A stretch of DNA of 64,000 nt from Vicugna vicugna (Eukaryota): positions 93,655 to 157,654 of the forward strand of contig MU057552.1 of NCBI GenBank assembly GCA_013265495.1, written 5' to 3'. The notes under the pieces were generated by a model. That model saw only the letters and a program-made list of their open reading frames with translations, did not search any database and was not told the origin of the DNA. The position numbers and the translations under genes were made by a program. This document shows positions 23,161 through 31,983 of this stretch, one piece after another (position 1 is the first letter of the stretch; each line of letters begins with the position of its first letter).

Positions 23161-24662
23161 AAGGACGCCATAAATGATGTGAAACAAAGGAAACTAAAGA
23201 AAACCAAACAACAACATCTCCAGCAGAAGGGACGTCAAGTTTGAGAGGGGGAGGGGGAGGGGACTGATGGTGGGATTTTGGAGAACATTTTGGAGAAGAA
23301 GCTGTGGGTGGGTGCAGAGGGGACTCTGCCCCAGGTGGTGGTGATGCCTGAACTGGTTCTCCGTTGCCCAGCCACCCAGGTGCAGAAGCAGTTTCAGGAG
23401 GAGCTGCAGGAGTGGCAGGAGGGAGCTCGGGGTCTCCTGCTGGATCCAGATAGTCCTTTTTTTGGTCTCTGACATCTTCCCCTGCCCCTGCCTCCTCTGT
23501 AACTATTGGATGTGGAGAGAGTTCTAAGTCTTGTGGATGAGCTCATGCTGTGAGAGAGGAAAAATTTACCCACCTGCCTCCCTTTCCATGTGCCTCTTCA
23601 AGGGCAGAAAACTTCCCTGAGCTTTCCAGACAGCTCCCACCCAGAAAGTGCCCACAGGATATGTTCTGTGACTGAATATTTTCAGACAGGTGATCTGAGG
23701 CCATTCTTTGCTCTGGTCCCAACAGTAGCCTCTGGGGACACCTCCCTGTGTGGCCCAGCCATTGCCCCTCCCTCACCTACACACATGCACAGCCCTGCCT
23801 TTCTGACCTTCGGGCTTTTCTTCGGGGGATCCTGGTCCTCCACCTGACTTGCAGCGAGGTGGGCATGGTGCTCCAGGTCAGAGCCGGGTGTGCTGAGCTA
23901 CCCGTCATCCCCGGGCAGGTCCCTGGGAGAGCCCTGGGTGATGTCTGGGTCAGAGGCCTGCCCCATTCATTTCTCGGCCATGGTGGTGGGGACCCCTCCA
24001 TATCCAGACCCACCTGGAGCCTGCGCTGGCCCTCAGAAGAGTGGCACAACAGCCCTTCACTTGGGGAGGGGTCGTTGGTGTTCTTATTCATCAGCTTCTA
24101 TTCAATATGTGGTATCTGGCTCTGCAATGACAGTGATCATCAGCTGACCTGGCCCGGAAGTCTCAGAGCCCTGCCCGGCTAGGAGCACTCCTGATTCTGT
24201 CCACTCGAACCTCTGCTGCCAGATCAGACTGGGACCTTGTTCAGCTCAGACACCCGGGAAGGAAAAGATTTACCCAGAGAGCATGGGCTCCACCTCGGGC
24301 AGCAGGACCCTGCCCCGGCTCTCCACATCCCAGCCAGCCAGCTTTGACCTGGGCTGTGGATGTGACTGGCCCCCCAGGCCTCTGACCTGCTTTTGCTTGA
24401 GGCAGAAACCCATCCCCAACATGACTGCTCCAATTCCACCAGTCAGGAAGGGGCCGTGGAGCTACCTGGGTGGGATCTGAGTGGTGGCCCGGCCTGGGTG
24501 GGCCTGCCCTGGGCCTCCCTGTGTTACCTTTGGGTTCCTCTGGCCAAAAGGCCAGAGGCGCCTTGAGTGAGACCTGACCCAGCGTCGGCCGCATTGGTAC
24601 AGCCCCTCGCTGCGGGCTTTCCGGAGGCTGCTGCCTCGGGATATTGGGATGCAGCAGATCAT
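23108..24662 (-). pseudogene. Truncated RALGDS-like 5-exon gene with two premature stops
   Basis: Exons 24662-24528 (MICCIPISRGSSLRKARSEGLYQCGRRWVRSHSRRLWPFGQRNPK), 24121-24014 (SQIPHIE*KLMNKNTNDPSPSEGLLCHSSEGQRRLQ; RALGDS exon 2 reads SSTQEIGEELINGVIYSISLRKVQLHHGGNKGQRWLG), 23843-23808 (VEDQDPPKKSPK), 23731-23641 and 23547-23108 (Pro-rich). All introns are GT-AG with compatible phases (0,0,0,1). Exon 1 resembles the MFSCC...RRLWPF leader recalled from amplified RALGDS-like genes. Exons 3-5 are less certain. Confidence 0.65.
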
Positions 24663-24714
24663 GCCTCTGCCTCCAAACCAGTGAGCTGCGTAGGGACTTC
24701 TCTACAGAGTGGGT

Positions 24715-24785
24715 GCCTGGTGACGTCGGTTCCAAGTTCTATTGGGTTCTATTGCCAGGGAAGTGAGATCACTTCCTGGAGTCCA
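24715..24785 (-). promoter_or_regulatory. Candidate proximal promoter of the RALGDS-like gene
   Basis: On the minus strand, 60-120 bp upstream of the ATG: CRE-like CGACGTCA (24721-24728), CCAAT (24741-24745) and ETS-like CAGGAAGTG (~24770-24778). Confidence 0.45.
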
Positions 24786-25759
24786 CTTATCCAAGCTTCC
24801 TCCTGACACAATGCTCCTCAAGGGCCTTTCTGGGCTGCCGATCTCTCATTTCTCACTCCATGCCATATTCACACACAGTGACACCAACTCAGCTGCCCCC
24901 ATAGCCCTGGGGAGGCCTGGATGCAGCCAGTGCTGCAGCTCTGATGACACAGCTGGGTTCAGACGTGGCTCCCCCCACTCAGCAGTGCTATTACCCTGGA
25001 CAAGCCACGTGCCTCTCAGTGTCTCCCCAATCCCTCATCGGCACAGTGGGGATCATTCTGGCTCCTGCTTCCTAGAGAAGCCATCCTGTCCCTACACCTA
25101 GAAACACCTACTGCATCTGTCACCCCCATGGGCTGGCATCACAGGGAGCTCATGCACAGACTCAGCAAAGGAAGGACCCCACAGAGGGCTGGCGGAGCGC
25201 AGAGCACATGCCACACAGGCCGGGGTCTGCCCTGGGGTCTGGATAAAGTCACATTCCTTGCTGCTTGCTTCCAAGCTCCCAGTCGTGAGACTGAAAATAA
25301 ATACAACTCTGACATGGTCCACCCTGGCATACAACCTCCTAGGTCATTCTGTCATGTTGACATACAGGCCCAGTGTCCCATCTCGGCCTCTGTGTTGGGC
25401 TGCCCCACAATGGCTTCCTATTTTTTGCCTTCAGTTCCCACGTCCTTGTGTGACCCCCACACCCTCCCCTGGAGGGTGGATGGACTTTGGGACCAGGCTC
25501 TCACATGTAGACTGACTTGTGAAAGTGTGCATGAGTTCCACTCTTTACCAGCTGCAGTGTTCCTTCTCTCTGTCTCTCAGTGCCTCTCTCTCTGACTTGC
25601 CTCCCTCTCTCTCTGTTTCTCTGTCTCCCCCTGCTTCTCTGTGTTTCAGTCTGTCTGTCTCTTTTCCTGTATGTATGTGTGTATATATTTATGTGTATAT
25701 GTGTGTATTTATGTGTGTGTATTGTTTGGGTCCACGGCAGGTCACTTCTGAAAATCCCT

Positions 25760-26800
25760 TGTTGACATATTGATTATTTTGAATTCATGTTACTGAAGAA
25801 AAATTATCTTTGAAAATTGTGCAAAAACTTTGGTGGGATCTCCTCTAAGGATCAGCACTGCTAGGGAAGGAATGCAACTGTGTCACTTTGATGTGTCCTG
25901 CACCTTGTTCTGCCACAGAGGAGCGTCCATTTGCTCTTCCCTCCAGGGGACATCCTGGGGCCTCTGCCTGCTCACGTTGCCACCAGGGCTAATTGTCACC
26001 GGACTAAAGACCTGCCAGTGTGATGGTGGCCATTGCTGTCTCTGCAGTCTGTCCGTCTGCCTGTGTCCTCACCTGAAAGGTCTAACATCTCTAGCACACA
26101 CTGGCCACCTGCACTGCCTGTCGTTGGAACTGACTGTATGTGTTTTATTTCTTTTCAGAACACTGGGCTTCAAGAGGTTTTTGGACCACAGGGATGTGAA
26201 GCTTTACTCCGACCTTGGGTCATGAGGAACGCTTTTCCTAGGCTGTGATTTGTCTTTCCAGCTGTCTTTCTTGGCCTTTGTTTTCTGTTTTTGTTTGGCT
26301 TTATTTTGCTACAAGAAGAGCTAAGCATCTCCCTTCTGGCTCTGGTTTCACAGTTAGAACAATAGTGCCTACCCCGAGATTATGCACAGAGTTACTAAAA
26401 GGGCTTCATTTGGTACATCTCATCTTTAATCCATCTGGATTTTCCTCTCAAAATACAAAAATGCTAATTCACATGAAAACAAACAAAAAATTCACCCTTC
26501 CCTATTTAAGATATGTGGGCAGACAAAAAAAAAAGCCACCTTTTATATGATTTCTTTGGTAGGGAACCTCCAGGATAGGTAAAGACATAGAGAGAGTAAG
26601 GGGATTAGGGCTCATCACGGGCTGGGGGAGGTAGGATGTGGGGTGTGATTTGGATGCAAGCTTTTACTTTGAGGAAGGAAATAATCTGAAACCAGTGATG
26701 TTGGTCTCACAGCATTGTGAATGCACTAACTGCTCCTTAAAATTGCACAATTTAAAATGGGAAAAGGCTAAACTTTATTCTTATAAACTTAAAACAAAAA
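25760..26800. repeat. Diverged direct repeat, copy B (paralog of 22100-23160)
   Basis: Collinear with copy A along its length, including the L1 3'-end fragment at the right end. Confidence 0.9.
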
Positions 26801-26810
26801 CAGAATATAC

Positions 26811-27519
26811 TATAATAGAAAAGAAAAAAATCTGACTCCATAGAAGATCTGTTCTTTTTGCTTTAACCCTGTGCCCTCTTTTCTAGGCTTAGTCTTACTA
26901 GCTCTGCACCTTTTGTAAAACAATGTTGCCTTTAGCCTGAAATATACAGGAGAGCCAATTTTCAAGGCTCTGATCTTTAAGGATATTAACACTTTTGCAC
27001 TTATATAAAGACAACAAGTTGCAGAATAGGAAAAACTTTTGTTTTGTTAGAGGTTTTACAGAGACATTATGACCTGGTCTACGTAGACAGCTGCAGATCA
27101 AGATAATGGGAGACTAATATCTTGGAGAACCATCTTTTCCATGTCAGACTTCAGGCTCCTTTCTACTAAAAAGGGGAGGGGCTGTAGTTGGTTGTTGCAA
27201 ACTTCTTGGTGTAGAATTTCTTTGTTCTTGGAATCCTTTGCAGCTGTCCACATGGGTCAGATCATGGTGTTCCTGTAAAACCTGCAACAAAACAAATTTT
27301 TTCTCTTCTGCAACTTGTTATCTTTATAGGAGTGTAAAAGTGTTAATATCCTTAAAGGTCAGAGTTTTGAGAATAGGCTCTCCTGTTTATTTCAGGCTAA
27401 AGGCAACATTGTTTTACAAAAGGTGCAGAGCTAGCAAGGCTAAGCCTAGAAAACAGGGCAGAAGGTTAAAGAAAAGGAACAGATCCAATATGGAGTCAGA
27501 CTTGTTCTTCTATATTACA
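26811..27519. mobile_element. Two partial ERV-type LTRs in inverted orientation (fold-back)
   Basis: 26811-27097 is the reverse complement of ~27238-27519 (CTAGCTCTGCACCTTTTGTAAAACAATGTTGCCTTTAGCCTGAAATA / TATTTCAGGCTAAAGGCAACATTGTTTTACAAAAGGTGCAGAGCTAG). The right copy begins TGTAA on the minus strand. LTR identity is by resemblance. Confidence 0.8.
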
Positions 27520-28699
27520 GTGCCTTTTGGTGAGAGCTAAGAGGATGATTCCTGGGAGGGTCCTCCACTGTCCCAGGCTCGAGTTCAGGCAGGATCCCTG
27601 CCAGATTCACCATGACTTTGGACCTGATCTCCCACAGAGAAAGTGACAATTATTGGATTAAAATTATTTGTCAAAATCCTTTCAATTGCCTGTAAACTAT
27701 ACCACAGTAGGGGATGTCTCATTGGCCACTCAACTGCCAGCCTCCCCTGATGCAAGGGGCCAGCGTCGCGGCGGGATGCATGGTGGCCTGGCCAGTGCAC
27801 CTTCCTACTTTGCTCTCCAGCCGTGGCTTCCTAACTTTGACGTTTTAAAACTCCTGTCCCTCTTCCCTCTGGCCTGGTGTGAATGAACAAGGTCCCTGCA
27901 CCCACCTGGGCTGAGCCCAGGCCACGCACACAGCCCCATGCACACAGCCCACCACTGTCTACCCCTGGGCTCAAGTGCACCCTCTGAACTCCCCCACCCC
28001 AAAGGTCCACGTGCCCAGTGCCTCCGTCCTAGGAGTCCGGATCACCATCAAGACCATCAACCACCCAAGGCCCACAGGCCAGTGGCTGGCAGCCTGGGAT
28101 CACCCTGACCCATCAGGTCAGTTGAGGCACAGGGTGCGGGGATCAGGGTGCCAGGGCGGGAATTGGAACCTCATTCAGCCCAGCCTGCCTCGCCCTGTAG
28201 CCTCAGACATTAACTATGAAGGTGCACACTAGGCTGGATCCCCCACTGGTGGCAGTAGTCATCATTACTGGAGCCCGGATTTCCCCACCCCAACCACAGG
28301 GTGAGGGGTAAGGGAGTGAGCTCAGGGTATGGGTGCACTCAGAGTGAAGGGGATCCCATTGTGAGGGGGTACAGGTTGAGGGGTGTGGGGCCCACTCAGA
28401 GTGGAACTGACCTGGCTTAGAGGAAACTGACCTGGAGGTGAGGGGGACAATTTCAGGATGTTGGGGATCCTGTGGTGAGGCATAAGGGGTAAGCTTGTGG
28501 GTGTAGGGGCCATAGGTTAGGAACTAGCAGGATGGAGTGTCAGGGCAGGGACCTCGGTGCGAGGAGAAGGAACCCTGTCTTCAAGGTCTAGTGGGAGACT
28601 GGGCCTGGCCAGGGGTGGGAGCGTAGTAACAGGGAGGGGAAGTTGAGCAGGGGAAGTGGGGTTGGTTCTAGTTCAGTGCCAGGACCCAGTCGGTGGCAG

Positions 28700-29350
28700 G
28701 GTGAGGGCTCTGGGGATGGAGACCCGGCAGGACGAGCAGGAGGGGCCCCACCTGGCTCCTCCCGGCCCCAGTGGCCAGGTCTGGTAAAGCAGGAGACCCA
28801 CGAGAGCAGTTTGCGCTGCAGGCGGGAGGAGGAGGGGCGCGCACGCGCAGACGGACAGAAGCGCGGACCCCGGAACCCTCCCAGAACGCGTGGAAGCTGG
28901 CGGGAGCTGGTTGCTCCTGGACCAGCTCCTGGAAGAGGAACACAGCCTGGGGTCTTGGCCACCGCTTGCCCTCGGCTCGGCTGCCGCTGCCGGGCAGTCA
29001 AGGGGGCGCTGGTGTGGGCGCGCTGCCCGGGGAGCCGGCGGGTGACGCCTGGGCTGTGCAGCTGGGGAGGAGCACAGGGAGGGGTGCAGAGGTGAGGTCT
29101 AGGCTGCGCGTCCCATTACGACACTGAGGCGGGTCCCAGCAGCCGCTGTGGTTCGTGGTAACCCCGCTATTAGTAGTTTCTGAACCCCGCGTTTTTGCCG
29201 CCGCTTATACCCGGGTTTAGGAGAGCAAGTACAGCCCCGGGAGTTGGGAGGGCGCCGCACGGCTCCGGAGCATCTCCGACTGGCCCTCAGACGATGGGCT
29301 GCTCCTGGGAGGCGGGTGCCGTGCGGTCGCGGGGCCTTGGATGGAATGGT
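28700..29350 (+). promoter_or_regulatory. Orphan CpG island with probable non-coding first exon
   Basis: CpG-dense. NRF1-like GCGCGCACGCGCA (~28837-28849), CTCF-like CAAGGGGGCGCTG (~28999-29011), donor-like GAG|GTGAGG at ~29091. Parent gene not recognised. Confidence 0.6.
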
Positions 29351-30110
29351 GGCTGTCCCACGAGAGTCCCTGGGTTTGCTCCCATCTTCCCCGTGGCCTG
29401 ACCTTGGGGGCGGCCTCTAAAGCCCCAGATTCGTGGGACTCAGGTTACAGGTCAGGCTGCTCCTGGGAGGTGGGTGCAGTGCGATCAGTGTGCTGGGATG
29501 GCTGCAGCAACAGCGGGAAATGGTCGCAACCCCCGCGCTCTCACAGGGCAGCCCCAATCCCGCCATCGCAGCTGCCGCCATTCCCTGACAGCACAGCACC
29601 CGCCTTCCAGGAGCAGGCTGACCTGTAACCTGAGTTCCACGAACCTGAGGCAGCAGAGGCCAAGCTCAGGCCATGTGCTGGGGAGTTTGAAGCAAATCCA
29701 TAGGCTCCCATGGGCAGACCCCATAACCCGCCAGTGCCTTTGAGCACACCGCGCCCTCCTCCTGGGAGCAGGCTGACCTGGGGACCATGCCTGGAGCAGC
29801 AGAGGCCGAGCCCAGGACAGGCCTTGGGGGAGATGGGGGCAAAGCGACAAGCTTGCCAGGTCGCTGGCCATCTCCCCGCTGCTACCCCAGGTTCATGGAT
29901 CACTTGTTTTCACGTCAGTGTGTTCCTGAGAGTCAGGCGTGGTGCGGTCTGGAGGCGGGGGCTGTGGGGATGGGTGCTGCCCCAGAGGGAGCAGGTGGAC
30001 TTGCTCCCATCTTCCCCAGGGCCAGATCTGGGGATGGCCTCTGTTACCCCAGGTTTGCAGGACGCATGACATGTCAGCCTGTCCCTGGGAGGAGGGCTCA
30101 GTGTACTCGG
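29290..30110. repeat. GC-rich ~157-bp minisatellite, about 5 degenerate units, central units inverted
   Basis: Plus units carry CTGCTCCTGGGAGG and TTGCTCCCATCTTCCCC (29298-29520, 29860-30110). Minus units at 29558-29850 carry GGAGCAGGCTGACCTG and AGCAGAGGCC. Confidence 0.8.
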
Positions 30111-30189
30111 GTCAGCCTCAGTGGCTGACAAGGTCTTTAGAAGTTGGCTGTAGCCCAGCATAACTAAATCTCCTTTCTTCTCTTGCTTC

Positions 30190-31345
30190 CACAGTTGGTG
30201 GCTGTATTGGTTTTTCCATTATAGATTATTGCTGGATAATGAACATAGGTTTCTCTTCTATATAGAAGAAACTTCATTTAAAATCTATTTTTATATATAG
30301 TGGCTAACATTTGTAAAGCTCAAACTCCCAAATTTATCCCTTCCCACCCCCTTTCACTGGTAACCTTAAGATTGTTTACTAAGTCTGCAAGTCTGTTTCT
30401 GTTTTGTAGATGAGTTCACAGCGTCCTTTTCTCTCTTTTTTTAGATTTTTTTAGACATATGAGTGGTGTCATTTGGTATTTTTCTGTTTCTGGCTGCTTT
30501 CACTTAGAATGACGATCTCTATGTCCATCCATGTTGCTGCAAATATTTTTATTTTGTCCTTTTCATTGTAGAGTAGTTTTCCAGTGTATAAATATACCAC
30601 AACTTCTTTATACAGTCGTATGTTGATATATTTAGCTTGCCTCCATGTCTCGGCTATTGTATACAGTGGTGCTATGAATACTGGGATGCAGGTATCTTTT
30701 CACATTGGAGTTCCTTCCAGTTATATATGAAGAAGTGAGACTGTTGGGTCATAGGGTAAGTTTACTTTTAGTTTTTGGCGGGATTTCCATGCTTTCCATA
30801 ATGACTAAACTAACCTGGATTCCCACCAGCAGTGTAAGATGGTTCCCTTCCCTCTTCAGCCTTTCTAGCATTTATCACTCATGAACTTCTGAGAGATGTC
30901 CATTCTGACTGGTGTGAGCTGATATCTCATTGTAGCTTTGATTTGCATTTCTCTGTTTATTAGTGATACTGAGCATTTTTTCATGTGTCTATTGGCCATT
31001 TGTGTCTTCATTGGAGAAATGCTTGTTTAGGTCTTCTGCCCATTTTTGGATTGAGTTGTTTATTTCTTTGGTATTAAGTTGTATGAGCTGTTTATATATT
31101 CTGAAAATTAAGCCTTTGTTAGTCGTATCATTTGCAAATATTTTCTTCCATTCATAGGTTGTTGTTTTATTTTACTCATGGTTGCCTTTGCTGTGCAGAA
31201 ATTTATGAGTTTAACTACGTCCCATTTGTTTACTTTTGCTCTTATTTCCATTGCCTGGGTAGATTTCCCTAGGAGAGCGTTGATAAGATTTATGCCAGAT
31301 AATGTTTTGCCTATGTTTTCTTTCAGGAGATTTATCATGTCTTGT
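30190..31345 (-). mobile_element. 5'-truncated LINE-1
   Basis: 3' UTR plus ORF2 end (NLLKENIGKTL, INKWD-like, FCTAK). Confidence 0.9.
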
Positions 31346-31729
31346 CTATCTGCATCTGAAGCCTGTACTCTAGATTTGTGCTTCAGTTTTGAATTTTGAG
31401 CTTCTTAGAGAACACCTACTTTTAGCTCATATGTCAGATTCAACATGTCTAAATCTGGTTTCATAATCTTTTTCTTGCAATGTCTCCACATTCAATGGGG
31501 CAATCATTTCTTTGGTCTTGAATACCCAAAGGCTTGGAATGGTCTTTGATTTATCTTTCTGTCACCACCCTCCACATTTTGTCAGCTTCTGGAACTGTAT
31601 GTTTTTGGTTTCAAGTGTCTTTCCTGATTGCCGATACTCTGATGAAGAAGAAGAAAATTGTGACTTGCATTATGTTTCTATTGGACCATGCTGGCTTCTA
31701 ACTTATTGCAAAAAATATGAACTTTATTA

Positions 31730-31890
31730 AAAATTTTGTAATCGAGTAGTTGATTTTTATAATATTAGTTTCAGATGTACAACAAAGAGATTCAACATTT
31801 TTATATATTATATTCCACTTAAAGTCACCATAAATAATGGCTATATTTCCCTGTGCTGTATGATACAGCTCTGTAAACTATCCATTATAT
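31730..31890 (-). mobile_element. Older L1 3' end, left half (continues at 39483-40110)
   Basis: GGCTATATTTCCCTGTGCTGTA ends at TCCATTATAT and resumes as TCCATTTTATATGTAG at 39483. Confidence 0.7.
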
Positions 31891-31983
31891 TTTTTATTAA
31901 TTTTTTCACATTTTTAACATTATTTTTAATGTCATATAATCAGTTTAAAGTTTCTGGTATACAGTATGATGTGATCATTCACT

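Noticed and set aside
23194..23475. ORF MSETKK...LLQLLLKLLL as a signal-peptide protein
   Set aside because: Alternative frame of the Pro-rich terminal exon. The splice-phase-consistent frame is a different one.
23777..23807. Longer exon 3 (KVRKAG..., donor at 23776) echoing RALGDS KVRTVKAG
   Set aside because: Its phase leads to a stop in exon 4, so the 36-bp exon was preferred. The resemblance may still reflect ancestry.
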